Positions 11,535-25,005 of a DNA stretch of 64,000 nt are shown here, one piece after another (the stretch's first letter is position 1; each line of letters opens with the position of its first letter). The DNA comes from Pseudogymnoascus verrucosus (taxonomy: Eukaryota): the NCBI GenBank assembly GCA_001662655.1, contig KV460222.1. The stretch is one strand, 5' to 3'. The notes under the pieces were generated by a model. It searched no databases. It was given only the letters and a program-made list of their open reading frames with translations, and was not told where the DNA came from. Both the position numbers and the translations under genes were made by a program.

Positions 11535-12496
11535 ATGCTCCCCACTGAGATAATTCAGCACATCGCCTCCTTTCTCCCTCCATCTGGGGCCGCCTCCTTT
11601 GCCTCCACATGCCTCTGCATCCGCCTTGCGGCAGGGACACAATATCTAAGCGCCCTCCGTTCCTCTCGCACAGAGATTCTCGCTCTCCTTGAGCTACTAC
11701 TCGCCGACGCTTCACATGATCCAATCGTCAATTTCCCCTCCCGCCTTCTATGTGCCGATTGTGCACGCCTCATTCCGATTTATATCGGCTGCGGTGCTTC
11801 CGCCACGTCAGTTTGCAGAAAGAGTTGGGACCTATCTACGCGTTATATTGTGTCTTCATTCTCACCCCCAATCTTCTACACAATCATGGCGATGCACCGG
11901 CATGGGCACCAATGCGATGAACTACTATCCCGAATCGCACCACCTACAACCACCAGATCACTAGCAGTAGTGGAATCGCTTCGCAACATAACGTGCACTA
12001 TCGCATCGCGACTGCAGGGTCTCTACTCATACGTATCCAGGTAACCTACATCCTCCAGCATCCTCCCCTCGACGACCGTGAACACACACTAGGGTCGTTT
12101 TGCCACCACATTGGGGCCAAGACCGAACGTTTTTCTACCACAATGAAACTAGAACAAACCGAAGCACTCAGCGGGACCGGCAGATCGCAGCCAAAGTTCA
12201 TCGACTGCAACTATTGCCGGACGACAGTGCTCGTAGGCGCGCGCAAGCTTCGGGGTCGCGGAATTGGCCTCTTCATCACTTGGTGGAAGGACCTTGGTGA
12301 CGGACGTCCAGCGGACGAAACGTGGACTGATCAAATAGGCTTGTCTACTCGGCCTGAGAAATGGCGACATGTCAGATATGGTACTATTCCTGTTGTCGAG
12401 GCGTTTGAAGGACAAAATGCACGCTATTTAGACTTCGATGAAGTAATGATGCGAGCAGACTGGAAGGAGCTTTTAAGATTGAGCCCTATACAGTAG
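11535..12496 (+). pseudogene. F-box protein, frameshifted near 11950-11990
   Basis: F-box start MLPTEIIQHIASFLPPSGAASFASTC; coding-like sequence continues in another frame (HYRIATAGSLL..CNYCRTTV..ITWWKDLG) with no intron signal seen at the junction. Confidence 0.65.
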
Positions 12497-13315
12497 TAGT
12501 TAGGAAATAACTTACTGGTCGCCACCAGTCGTCGTGTGAGGTGCTAGGTTTGAGACTTGTGTTTGCCGGTTACTACTTTTGCTTTTTCGGAGTAAAGTAG
12601 AGTCCGGGGAACAAAGTCTGAATAGGGGGCTATTAATTTCGCTGGCTGTCTGTTTATTATAGTGTCACAGGATCTATCATTGGCATAGGGGCTTCATAGG
12701 AACTTACCGCGCATCAACCAATTATGATCTAAAAATGCGCATGTGTGATCTCTCAGTAACTCTAGCATGGAAGTGAAAACATAAACGTGGACAAAAGTAA
12801 TAATGATTTATGGTATCTCATCTCATCATATTCGCTCCAGGCTACCCCCATGCAGGCAGGCCATCTCGGCCCCTAAATCGTCTACATACAGCATGCGCCT
12901 CCATCACGGCGCCGACATCTCGTACTATGCCAGTAAATCAAAAACACATTACACACTCTCTCGACATATATGCTGCCGTCCCCTATCTCCCATCCCACTT
13001 CCCTCCCCTGAAACTCCAAATACAAAAAAAATGCACAAGTCGCGGTCCAACCCCCCACCCTAGAAGGTACGGAGGCGGTGGTATATCCTACACGCCCATC
13101 CATGCATCATATCAGAATCAGTAAACCTCCCTAACCAGCTTCTGCCGGTATCAATCAAATCGAATCATCATCACATCATCAAACCAAGCCATGCAAGAAA
13201 GGAAGCAAAAAAAGGCTCAAGCAAAAACAAATCCACCCATAATCTCAACCGCTAATCACAAGCGTGTCCGGCGGCGATGTGGAGGATCAATAGGGGGAAT
13301 CATCAAGAGAGGGAA

Positions 13316-15410
13316 TCACATGAAACCCCCCTCCATCCCACCCAACATCCCATTCCCTCTCCACCCACCACCACATCTCGTATCCTCACTCACACCCCTC
13401 TGCAGCACCCCCGGCCGCGTCCCCCTAACCAGTCCACTCAGCCTCGCCTGGCTCAAGCCGCGCCCCAGCACTGTTTCAGCCTCCGGAAGTCCGAAGCCTG
13501 AGCTGGCGTCGCTGTTGTGGCTATTTCGCGAGCTGGCCGCTGCGCTGGAGACGTTCGTCTGCACGGGCAGGAAGGAGCTCGCACTGCTATGGCGGTGGTA
13601 TAGTGGGGGTCGCGTGGGCGGGGCGGTACGGGAGCGTGGTAAGGGGCTGCTGGGGGGTTGTGGGAAGGCGGTGGAGTCGAGGTCAACTTCCTCGTCGTCG
13701 TCTTCCTCATCCTCTTCATCTGCCTCCTCCTCCTCTTCTTCTTCCTCTTCTTCCTCTTCTTCCTCATCTTCCTCTTCCTCGGCAGTATCAACAGTCCTCG
13801 GTGCAGGAGGAATAATCCTTGTTCCCATCCCTGCCAAACTCAGACTCGCCGGTCTCGCGCGTCCCCCTCCACCAGGACGGGCCCTCATAGTTGGCATAGG
13901 CGGGTGGTTCTCGCTCCGGGCGCTCCCCGGACGTCCCGTGGCCGGCGTGGTGCGACCCGAGACATAGCCGAGCGCGCGCTGCGTAGGCGCGGAGATGGTA
14001 TGCATGCTCCACGCCATAGGGTCGTCTTCGGGAGTATCGACGCGGCGCGCATTCTGTGCGCGAGGATTTGGGGCGGTGGGGTCGATATCGGAATCATCTG
14101 ACTCGGAGGCTTCGTCGATGTCCCACTCTGCTACACTTTCGTTGCGGTTATGCGTGGGTGCGGCGGGGCGGTTCTTGCGCGCTTCGTGGTCGCGCATTAG
14201 GGCCTCAAAGCGCTCGATGCTGCTCAGCTTGCCCTCTTCGGATGGAGGAGGTGCATCGGCGGCACCGGGAATATAGCGCATAGAGAAGGCGCGGTCAAGG
14301 ATTGTTTCCCGAGGAGCGGTGGGCGGGGTGGAAGCGTGTGTGTAGTGTGAGAGGGCCGAGGATCGACCTTGGGCGGAAGTCCAGCCGGAAATTAGGTCGC
14401 CGTCGTGGTTGAGTGTCGAGGCTGGTGAGGGGAGAGGGGGGTGCTGGATAGGCAGGGGCCCGGATGGTGAGAAAGACGAGGCTGGAGAGGAGAGGTCGCT
14501 ATGCCGCGAGCGTAAGGAAGGAGAGGGCGAGATCAGACTAATTGATTTCGGGGGGCGTCGGTGGTCTTTGGTCGAGGTGCGATGGTGGAGGAATGGCTCT
14601 GGTTGTGGGATGGGGTTGGATATTGTAGGGCGCTCGGATGGCTTCTGTGAATTGGCAAAGGGGTTGACGAAGGCGAAGAGGGATGCCGAGTCGTTCGACG
14701 ACGCATCTCCGCGTTCTGCTGTGGTCGGGCGGATGCGCGGCGCGATCGTCACCTGCCAATCGTAGATATTAAAGCGCTCATCGGGCATCGGGCGGAAAAG
14801 GAGTGAGTTCGGAAACGTGCTCGACGGCGAAGTCAGCTGTCCGGAGCGACTCGAGCGGCGCTTACGCATGCGCTCTGCCGCCGCATCGAGCTCGAAGGTC
14901 AGGATGAGCGTCGGGACAGCCGGACCTGGCTTGCGGAACTGGATGCTCTGGATTTCGCAGCTGCGTATCGATGAGAGAAGGTTCTGCGATATGATCTCCG
15001 AGTCGCCCTATATATACGAGTTAGCGGTATGCCCCGCGCGGACGAGCGGGTTCGGGTTATAGTGTCTGGCGTACCTTCTGTTTAGTCACAGTGAGCCAGA
15101 GCTGGTCCTGATCGAAGCGCGCGAGGTCATCGGAACTCTGGAAGACAGAGGTGGCCTTGAGGCCCTGGCGCGCGGCATGGAGTTTGCTTGCTGAGGTCGA
15201 GCGTGGCAGGGAGGGTTTCGGGGCCATGGGATGCCTCGGGCCATTGGTTCCGAGGACGACGTAGCGAGGCTGGGCGACAAAGAATTAGCATTGATGTTAA
15301 GGTGATGGGTAGGGTAGGTAGAAAGCCTGTAGCTCATAGAAACATACCTTCCACACAGCGCGGCCTATTATGGCGGACCGTTCGGGAGGCACGAGAAGAT
15401 AGCCTTCCAT
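13316..15410 (-). CDS. conserved fungal protein with N-terminal PH-like domain and disordered, poly-Glu C-terminus
   Basis: Exons 15410-15348 (MEGYLLVPPERSAIIGRAVWK), 15269-15075 (PRYVVLG..), 15007-13316, all in frame with canonical introns. Confidence 0.8.
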
Positions 15411-18400
15411 GATTGCGCGGGCGGGTTCGCTGGGTCGGACAGTGAGGCCAGGGGAGGCGGATTACAGCGAAGATAAAGAAGTTTCGCTGCTTGTCTCGAA
15501 GGTTTGCCTAGAATGGAAACATGGTCTCGGAGAGAGCAGTCGGGGGGGTTGTGAGTAACTCAAAGAGCAAACAACAAGTAGAAGGAATGAGAGTGCAGAA
15601 AGTAGAATTGGTGGTGGAGAAGAATAAGTAGAGAGAGTTGAGAAGTTGAAGGCGAAGGCGAGGGTGGGAAGGGTGAAGGGGGAAAGAGCGATTGTCGATC
15701 GGTGTTCTGTCTAGCGGGGCGCGGCGAGCAAACGGAGGGAGGGAGGGAGGGAGGGTGGTGTAGTAATCAACGGAAGAACACAATTTTACTACGAGGATAA
15801 GTACATAATCATATAAAATTGTATGTAAAGGTACATAGAATACCAAGGGATCTATGGCCGGCGAGGTTAAAGTACATACTACCCTATATAGTAATTAGAG
15901 AGTAGAGTGTAGTGTATGGAAGCATGGAGGACTATGTAACTACCGCGGGATTGAGGCAAGGAGGTGCATGGTATCTATATTACTGTAAGTATAGTTCAGA
16001 TAGTATGTATTAGGGAGTATGTGCTGTGCAAACATCACCGCCAGCAGCATCATACTCATACAAACAGACACTCATACAAACAGACAGACAAACAGATATA
16101 CAAACTTCATTCTGGTCCATACATCATCGCATCCATACGCACATCCCATACACACATCCCACTCTCCTCCTCCTCCTCCTCCTTCTCTCCCCTCCTCCCC
16201 ACCCCCCCCCCCTCCCCCCACCATCCCATCCCACACACTTCCTCGTACATGCACACTAACAGACTCATGTAGGGAATAATGTCTCAACTACCCAAACCCT
16301 CGAGAGTCCGAGCACCGGGTCGAGGAAAATGGCAAAAATATCACCAGATCAGGAACAATCCCTCCCAAGTGATCCTGTCCTTTGCTGCACCATATGCACA
16401 GGATGGAGTACATGTCATACTTTAAGACATGCAGTGCAGCCACCAACACGCCTCCGGTCCTCTGCTGTCGAGTGCAGGCAGGTGCTGTCGACTGCAGTTG
16501 CGTCGCACCGTACCTGCCGTGCCTGGCGAACGCATGCAGAGTCGATCTGGATCTTGACAGGAGAGGCAGGATCGTACTTGGTTTGTCCTGTCCATTGGGG
16601 ATTCTCCTACCTGCCTTGGCCCTGGGCGTGCATGTGCGAAGTGCTTGAAGATGATTCCTCATTCCTCATCCCAAGTCACCCTTCCCCTTCTCTCTCCTAT
16701 CCGCTCCGCGCCATCACCACTTGCCTCACCGTCTTATTCTCCCCCTCACTCCCACCCAGAGTCTCACAATCCAACAGCGCTTCTCAAGGTACTCTCCAGT
16801 ATCCGAAGTACTCTACTTTTGAAGTAGTAGAGTACTCTCCCCCTACCTTCCCCAATTACCCCTCCATCCCTCCTCTCCTCCCTCATCCAGCATCCCACCG
16901 AAGGGGGGGCCACCTGATACTCGTACCTCAGAGTACCACTCTATACCTGCATTCTAGCCCAGCAATCTCCGTCCCCCGCGTGCGCCCAAGCTCCTGCTCT
17001 GACCCATCCCCACAGGGTCTCACCCAAAATGCCATCAAGAGCTCAGCTTCACCCTGTCCGGCGCCCACTAGTCCCGACACTATCCAATATATCCGGTGCC
17101 GCCAGCACCGCACTATCGTAACTATCGTGAACCGCGCCACGCCCCTCACGAAACCGCCCAGATTGAGACCTCTTACCGCACACATCCACAGTCCACCACA
17201 GTACTCCACTGTGCCACACATAGTGCTCAGGTAACTGTTGCAGCCACCGCCCGAGCCAGATCTGCGAACGTGGCCGCGGGCGGGTCAGGTCCCGCAGCGC
17301 AGCGCTGCAAGGTACGGCGCGGTGCGGACTATTGAACACAAATCCGACTATAACTCGTCTCCACCCCACTTCAAGCGCTCACACCCGACATGTCGCGATC
17401 GATAATCAGAAATATCAATCACTCATCGTGGCCGCTGTATCTGGGAATAGCTCTAATTTGCCTGGGTATAGCTTGCTCCTTCCGTCAGGTCCCAGCTGTC
17501 TGTTGTCCGGGTTCAGTAAATCTACCCGAATGAACAAGGGCCTTGAATCGGGAGATGACGAGGACCCCCCAGTTTGTGTGCTGCGTGACCCCCCCAAGCC
17601 AGCCGCCGGGTGCTTTCATCCGTGGCTATGTTTAAACTGGACCGGGGCATCTTTGCAGGAATCGGTTTAGCTCAGATATTCCGTCGTGACGATATAGTGG
17701 ACACAGGGTTGTGTGCAGACACAGTGCATGCAGGAGTAACTGCATCTATCAAAAAACACAAACCGAGACCAGTCTCAGCTCGTCCCTCCTCGCGTACCTG
17801 ATCTCCCCTGGCTGCCCTGGCTGCACCCCTGGCTCGACAACGCAGTAGCGCCGCCTAGCTCAGGAACAGAAGCCGAAGCTGCTCAACCACCTCCACAACA
17901 CACTGCACAGCTAGGTTAGTGAGTGCTAGTGAGTGCACCAAGGGGCCGACCATGCCAACTTCGACGGCTTGGCAGGCGCACAGAGTCTGTTCTCAGCTTC
18001 CTATCCCCATCTCATCGCTGATCGATGTCTCACTTCATCCTATGTCCTTCGCATTAGCCCCGCCGCACGGCACTGCTTCCGTCACTCTATCTGACCTGTC
18101 TGTCCATTCCTTGCAGACAGACACAGCAATACAATAACAGCGACTGCATACTGCATAGAGGTGCTATATCAGAGCAGTCCTGGTAATATGATCACCCGGC
18201 GCCAGCACCGACAAAAGCCGGCCTGCCGACCGACCGACCGACTGACCAAACCCCGAAGCCACCATGCCCAGAGATTCAACGAAGCCACCACACCACCACA
18301 CCACGCCCAAAGACTCCACGGAGAACAGAACATAGATCGGCGCACCCCGCTCAACGCCTCCCCCGCCCCAGCAGTCTCGCCCGCTGCCTGCCCCAGCCGT

Positions 18401-20210
18401 CCCGCGCGCGTTGGGCCGTCGCACTGTGCGCACCGCCAAGCTGCCGTGCGAGCAGCGTCACAGAAATCCAGACCGCACCAATGCCAACTACAGTGCTCAC
18501 ATTCAGACTGGACGGTACATACAGTAGTACATGCAAGTGCGCGCGGGGCATCACAGCGTTAACAACGGGCGAAAATCCCCAGATGATATGAGACAGCGGG
18601 TTGGTAACCTTGGGTAACTCCAGCCCACAGAGTGACTGTATCCGTTATAAGATCAACAAAATCCTAGATGCTCATCTTTTTCGGCGATCTCTCGCGACGG
18701 CGGCGCTGGGCTGGGAGGGATGATGTAAGCGGGATTGCCGCGACTGGGGGAAATGTGTCGATCCGGACCCCAGGAGGAATTTACAAAATATCGTGGAGTG
18801 CCTGTTTCGAATGTACGTACTTTGTACACTAATCGTGGCTTGTTGCACAGACCGTTTTTCATTCCCGCCTAGACCGCGATACGAGAAGGGGTGACATCGT
18901 GATCCTGAAGGAATAGGGCAGGACGGACACCACTAAACATCCTCCGGCCTCGCCACTCGAATCCCCTTGAGCAAGCAGCTTCTGTGCTGTCGGTATCACA
19001 TCGCCCGGGCGCATCTGTGGCGACTTTTCACGCCCCCAAACTGATATCTACGTTCCCAACGAACTCACTGATGATGAGCCTCTCAAGCCAACCGGAGAAA
19101 TTATGCGGGTTCCCTCACCGAGCATCTCATGGGTATGTGCAGAATCTGTCCCTACCCGCTCTGTGTCCCCGTCACCGACCCCATCGTATCATGGCGGCAG
19201 CGTGTCGCCCACTCCATCGGCGCTCCCGGCGCAGAACCCGTTACTCCTGTATCCATCCGCTGTACGCCGTGCCACAGGAATTCCACGAGAGGTAGCCCGA
19301 GTAAGCACTACAACATAGCAGTAGCACCGATATCCATCTCCTCATCACAGAGCAAACAAACACTCGGCTTCCCACTTACCCGAGACAACCCCTCAACATG
19401 CCCATTACTCGTACACCCATAACCCCCCCCTTTACATAGAACCTCCCCTCCTTTCCAGAAGCCTTCCCCCTTCGCCCCCTCCCGCAGCAACGCGACACCA
19501 ACTCTCCCGACCCCTATTCCCCTCCCCCTCACCGACTTTTGCCCTGCACTCAGCACAACGCAGTAGCGGCACACTACATGTTGTCCCCGCCGCGCGCCCC
19601 GAATCGAGGGTCTCGCGTGGCATCCGTCACCGCAGCCGCGGCCCTGCACCGCACGGCCTGCGCATCCATTCCGGACCGGCCTCACAGCGGCCGTGCGCGC
19701 GCGCCGGGCAGTCGTGCTGGTGCATCCGACGAGGCATCCGTCCCATGGCATTGGTAACTCCTGTAAGAGCTACACTGCACCGTCCCTCCCTCCCGTCGCA
19801 CAACAGCGCCCTTATGCGGCCAAACTGCGGGAGAACCCCTTGCTGGCCTTCGCCGGATAGGGCATGGTTTGCGAAACTTGGTGTGTGTGTGTGCCTCCTG
19901 GACGGGAGGGTGGCTACTGTTTTGTTACCAAGGTAGGTTCACGCGAGTCGTACGTTGGATGTGGCGTGCGATCGGCGGCAGGTATTTGTGTTTGTGGTGG
20001 GGGAGTGGGAGAGGGACCGGCAGATGGCGTGCAGGATTGGTGATGATGCGGGGGGGATTGGCGTTGGGTGGATTTTTGTTTGCCGGATGGATTGGATGCC
20101 ATGGCTGGACCGCGCGATGGACGGGCGAGGTGGCGGTGGTGGTGAGGGGAGATTCACTAGTCGGAAGTAGCCGTATGTGTGTGTGTGGTATTTGGTGGTG
20201 GGACGGGCGG

Positions 20211-20257
20211 GCTGGGACAGGCTGGGACAGGCTGGGACAGGCTGGGACAGGCTGGGA
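20211..20257 (+). repeat. 10-bp minisatellite (gctgggacag) x4.7
   Basis: Direct reading. Confidence 0.9.
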
Positions 20258-21118
20258 TGGGCGGGATTGTTGGGATTAAGACGTAGATCTTAAGTTTACT
20301 TGCTTATTCCCGTCCACGTCGGGCATCATACAGGTCATTGGAAACGCGTCTTTGTGTTTGGGAAAGAGGTCGTGCCGTGTGTTAGTGTTGCCGTTGATTC
20401 ACTTCCCCGCACTGAGATGGAGATTCATACCCCTCGACCTGCCCCTGATTTGCCTCGTGGATGGGGGATCTCTGGTCCTTGCTACGGGTTTCTCTTTGCC
20501 CCTCTGTATCCCGTGCCGTCCTAGTGGCGGGGTTCGAGACGCGGCGGATTAGTAGGTCATTTCTAACTTCTCAGATGAGGGGTGGTGAGGGGACATGGGA
20601 GGGCTTGGTGGTTGGGGGGTCTACTTCGAGGATGCATGATGTATGGCATTTAGGTCTACGAAAGTATTGCTTTGGCAGAAACACTCGGCGGGATACATTG
20701 AAAACCAGTTTGAGATCCAGAAGGGTTTGGATCAGAACGTCAGCTTCCAGGATTGAAGATATCATCAAAGCATAGGTTTGCCATTGCTCTTCTGTCATAA
20801 AGTTTCATTCTGTAGCTGAGTCTCTTCTCTCTTCTTGCCGTCTTCTTGATTCCCTTGCATTCCAGGTCCGCCAACGTCGTATTCAGCGAGTAAAGTTCAT
20901 GTTATTACCGCTAGATAAAAGATACTGAGTTTCTTTGTGATATTAGCTCTCTCGTCGTTGCTTTCCACGGTTTCGTTAGCCTTTCTCAATTAACGATGGC
21001 AAACTTTCAGAGCATCAGTGCTTCTAAAGGGGCATACCTCGCAGAGTGACTCCTCCTCTCTTCTTCACTTAAGACACCCCCCGACAAGGCACTGTTCGCA
21101 GAATCGTTGTTGGAGGCC

Positions 21119-21976
21119 TTAAACCTTAACATAATAGTTTCTGGCAGCAAAGGCAGGGCCTCTGGTCGACCTTTCAGCTCGCATAGCGAGCATCATCATG
21201 ATATCTCCAGCCATCTCGCGTGGCATGAAGGCAACATCTGTCCGATATAATGGGGCTTTTTCACGATAGCGCCATATGCACAAGTCCACCAAAAACTTGC
21301 GCATCGGCGAGCCGCTTTGGGTGTGTTCATAGAAATATACGAAGTCCTTGACGGGTGGTAAACGCCTTTTCATGATCCTTGATGTCATCGTGTCGATAAC
21401 GAAATTCTGTAACTGGGGCGCTATCAGGTAGTCTGCGAGGATCCAAACATCGAGCAGCTGAGAGAACGTAGGCTTGTCTTTAACCATCTTGTCTGCAATC
21501 GAGAGATCACTGTCCGTGCACAGCTCCTCCGAGATTTTCCCAGCATAAAGCCATTCAATCATCATGCCAAAGGCCATAGCACTTGTTTCCTTTAGAACCA
21601 CCTCGCCTCGAACGGCCTCCTGAAAGCTGCCTTCAAAAGCCGCCCTGAAGTAGGCCGAGCTAGAGCACAGCTTATCTTTGTGGATTCCAAACCTTTGTTC
21701 CTCAGGCCCAACAACCACGTAGACGACTTCATGGGGGAGCCTGTAGCTTCTTAGTTGAATGTAAGGATATATATTGCTGAAAATAACTTACCATAACCAG
21801 GACAGCACATCTGGCTTCTTGGTGACTGTTGTAGTGTCTGCTCCGGTGGCCTCCTTGCTGACTTCGACTGCTCTAGTAGTTACTCCAGTGACTGCTTTGC
21901 TGGCTTCCTTGCTGACTTCGACTTCATCGGTTGCTTGGCGGGCTTCAGCAGCAGTAGGCCCAATTGTTTCAACCAT
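21119..21976 (-). CDS. BTB/POZ domain protein
   Basis: Exon 1 MVETIGPT..VLSWL, GTAAGT..CAG intron, then VYVVVGPEEQRFGIHKDKLCSSSAYFRAAFEGSFQEA..WLY..ADYL..LQN. Confidence 0.88.
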
Positions 21977-22237
21977 GTTTTGCTGCTTGAAGTAGTTAGG
22001 ATCGATAGTATAGAGTATGATGAACTTGTCCTGGAAACACAATTCTTTGTTGTTAAGAAATCACACGGCCAAGTCTAGCGGCGAATGAGTTGTGTTGAGA
22101 AGGGAGGATGAGTAGAGCTGGTATTTTGGATCGAAAGTGTGGTTGTTTTGAGAGTGCACCCAGCTAACAAGCGGTGCTGTGGAAACGCGGGTTTTTGTTT
22201 TTGAAGTCACATCGCTAAGAGTAGTGACCGAAATTAC

Positions 22238-22533
22238 AATCTCGATATAAGGATCCTGTAGATAAGGATGTCTGGCTTAAGGACTGAGATGTTGAACACG
22301 TCTACTTAGATTTTATGGTTACAGAAATTTCACAGGGTTACTGAAAACTGCAAACACTTCACGAGAGACTGAAGTGACAGGAATATAGTAGAATCTCCAT
22401 AGAAGGGTCCTATAGATAAGGATATCTAGCTGTAGGGACTGAAATGTCAGCCACGTCCACTTAGATTTTATGGTTATAGAAAATTCGTAGGGTTACTGCA
22501 GACTGCAAACACTTCACGAGAGGCTGAAGCGAC
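22238..22533. repeat. diverged tandem duplication, period about 154 bp
   Basis: 22238-22379 versus 22392-22533 share tagataaggat, acttagattttatggtta and actgcaaacacttcacgagag blocks. Confidence 0.85.
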
Positions 22534-22599
22534 ACTTCACAACTCTAAAATCATGGGGGGGGTGAACAAATAATGGATGAAATACAATGTGTTATGATA

Positions 22600-25005
22600 C
22601 TAAGCTAGAGGTCCAAGTAACAAGCTCGTCCTCTTCCAATATTCCTGGGCCGACTTGGTGAGCCTCTCGTTCGATGAAGACGTCAAATCCACTTGTTTTG
22701 TCAAAGACTTCTCGAGATCAACCAGCTTGTCCTTAGAACCAGGCGTGCCAGGCACCGAGAGACAGAGCCGGAGAACGACGGTGTCGAATAAAGTCTGCAC
22801 CAGAATATCTTTAGCAACGACGGCAGGATCGACAACATCACCGGCAGTACTATCCACAGCTTTGTCCTCAGACTCTGCCTTTTCAACTGTCGTCTCATCA
22901 TCAGCATTATCTCTATCGCCATTAGTCTTCGGCGTCTCCTTCTCCGCAGACTTCAGATCTGCAGCCATATTGCTTCCCAGGTCGTCACCCATACACCCCT
23001 TCAACACATCCACAGCCGCCCGACTCCACAAGTCCCGTCCAACACCCGCCATGGCCACTGTCGCCGAGTTCAGGAACTTGAAAGTCGGCGGCGAGGGGTA
23101 AATCGGCAATTCCGGCTCTCCCTCCCACAGCGCACGTCCTGCGACGCGCTTTCTTGCCCGCAAAGCAGCCCGGTATGCCGGCACCGTCTCGGACGAGATC
23201 TTCGTGGCGAGGGCCTGGTGCATCTTCGGCACAAGCGAGACTCCGAATGAGGATAGATCCGTTTGCTCGGGCAGCTCGGCGCGTAAGTCTCGGAGGACGC
23301 GAAGGATGAATATTGTGGTATCGCCTACATGCTCGCTCTTTTCGTAGGTGCTGAATGAAGCTTCCAGCTTGGTGTGGAAGGTGATGAAAGCCTGTTCCAA
23401 GTTCGCCTTCAGGCGAGACTGGAGCTGTTCTGGATCTTCTTGGCTCAGTGACCTCTGCCTATCTTCGAGCACGTCTTCGTCTTCTAGGCTGTCTAGGTCG
23501 TCGTTCCATTTCTGCTTCTTGAGTTGGTCAATTGCTGTCGCTACCTCGTCTACCAGACGCTTCCATTCCTCGTACGACTTGACGACCCTTGAGACTGCGT
23601 TATCCCTTCCATGGACATTGTTGACAATTGCTTGCTTGAACGCCAAAGCGCCGTTGCCAAGCCCCATCTCCAGCAGCTTAGCATCCCATAAGCCTCCTTG
23701 TCGTTCTACGCCTCCAGATGCAATGACACCCAAAGCTGCCTCGACCTCGGTGTTGACGAGATGCAGCTTGTCAACTCTGGCTTCCAGTATTCCAACCATT
23801 CGCTCATTAACAACCTTTCTTAATCCATCAAGCATCACGGATGAATCAAACCCCTTCGCCTTCCCTCCTTCGGCCACCCACTCCTCGAAGGCCTTAGTCC
23901 TTAATTCAGCCACAGCGCTGAAGTTCTGGACTGCATCTAATATCTTCTCAAAGCCTTCCAGGAATACTTCAGAGGCCTTCTTTGCCCATCCCTTGAGCGT
24001 TGCGACTGCTTGTGGGCCATCCAGATCGTCGTGCCGGATATACGGCGTGAAGTATGTGATTTCGTCCCCAAACCACCTCTCGCATATATCCAGTCGCAAG
24101 CCTTCCAGTTCCCTGACACCCTCATCCTTCAGCAAATGATCTCCTTTCAAGTTCAAAAGCGCATCAGCCAGCCTCCTCGGCACTAATGCCTGTACATCAA
24201 CCAAGGTCTTGGCCAGTAATCCCAACGCGTGTATAATATGTTTTTGCACTCCTCCTTCTCCCAGATCTCCCTCGTCCTGGATGTCAAGAGCAGTCGACAT
24301 CGCCGCACCTCTCACGTGTAGGAATTGCCTCACCACATCCCTCGCGCCTGAGCTTGTAGCCAGACTGTACGCGCACAGAGCGTTCACCAGCTCTTCCCTA
24401 TCTCCATCCAGGTTCTCCATTGCCCTTTCAATGGTCCTCAGCAGACGTCGTCGCAGGGACCCGAGTTTCCTCTTCAACTCCGCAATCACCGCTTCTTCCT
24501 CCTCGTCCTCATCCTCCCCATCATCACCCAAGCTCTTAGCCAATAGTCTCGAAAGCACCAACGTCTTCGCCGTCGTCACCAGTCGCCTTCCTTTCCTCAC
24601 TTCTCCCTCTCTGCCCCTCAGCAACCGCCCAATGGCAATCACACAGCCCCCAAGCACCTTAACCCTCGCCGCCCTTCCCAGCCTCCTTTCCGCATCACCA
24701 TGTCCCGCCCTCGCCCCCAGTTTTCCCAGCGCATCAACCCTGCGCCCAACAACAGCCATCCCGCATCCGTCCGCCACGCCCCCAAGCTTGGTCTCCACAA
24801 CCTCAATGTCGCGCCGCATATCCACGATCATCTCCGCCGTGCCCAACAGCTGTCGGTACGAGCCGCCCACGAGCGTGCGCAGGCGCGCATTCTTCTCATC
24901 GAGGGAGGTATGGAGTTGGCGATGCAGCAGGCGGACTGTGGGGAGGGGCTGCTTGAAGACTTCGGCGGCCGTGGCCGTGCTTAGGTCGGGGGTGGAAGAG
25001 GCCAT
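22600..25005 (-). CDS. COG1: conserved oligomeric Golgi complex subunit 1 (Vps51/Vps67 domain)
   Basis: Intronless ORF of about 800 aa; N-terminal DEKNARLRTLVGGSYRQLLGTAEMI; C-terminal EYWKRTSLLLGPLA. Confidence 0.85.
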   Translation of the reverse strand: MASSTPDLSTATAAEVFKQPLPTVRLLHRQLHTSLDEKNARLRTLVGGSYRQLLGTAEMIVDMRRDIEVVETKLGGVADGCGMAVVGRRVDALGKLGARAGHGDAERRLGRAARVKVLGGCVIAIGRLLRGREGEVRKGRRLVTTAKTLVLSRLLAKSLGDDGEDEDEEEEAVIAELKRKLGSLRRRLLRTIERAMENLDGDREELVNALCAYSLATSSGARDVVRQFLHVRGAAMSTALDIQDEGDLGEGGVQKHIIHALGLLAKTLVDVQALVPRRLADALLNLKGDHLLKDEGVRELEGLRLDICERWFGDEITYFTPYIRHDDLDGPQAVATLKGWAKKASEVFLEGFEKILDAVQNFSAVAELRTKAFEEWVAEGGKAKGFDSSVMLDGLRKVVNERMVGILEARVDKLHLVNTEVEAALGVIASGGVERQGGLWDAKLLEMGLGNGALAFKQAIVNNVHGRDNAVSRVVKSYEEWKRLVDEVATAIDQLKKQKWNDDLDSLEDEDVLEDRQRSLSQEDPEQLQSRLKANLEQAFITFHTKLEASFSTYEKSEHVGDTTIFILRVLRDLRAELPEQTDLSSFGVSLVPKMHQALATKISSETVPAYRAALRARKRVAGRALWEGEPELPIYPSPPTFKFLNSATVAMAGVGRDLWSRAAVDVLKGCMGDDLGSNMAADLKSAEKETPKTNGDRDNADDETTVEKAESEDKAVDSTAGDVVDPAVVAKDILVQTLFDTVVLRLCLSVPGTPGSKDKLVDLEKSLTKQVDLTSSSNERLTKSAQEYWKRTSLLLGPLA

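Noticed and set aside
13191..14765. Plus-strand ORFs including a poly-Ser one
   Set aside because: Antisense shadows of the poly-Glu-containing minus-strand gene
16329..17234. 301-aa plus-strand ORF
   Set aside because: Low-complexity P/S-rich, no domain, no splice support; likely a chance ORF
20571..21100. Extra exons or a small gene downstream of the BTB gene
   Set aside because: Intron-like signals are present but no coherent frame; the BTB ORF already ends naturally
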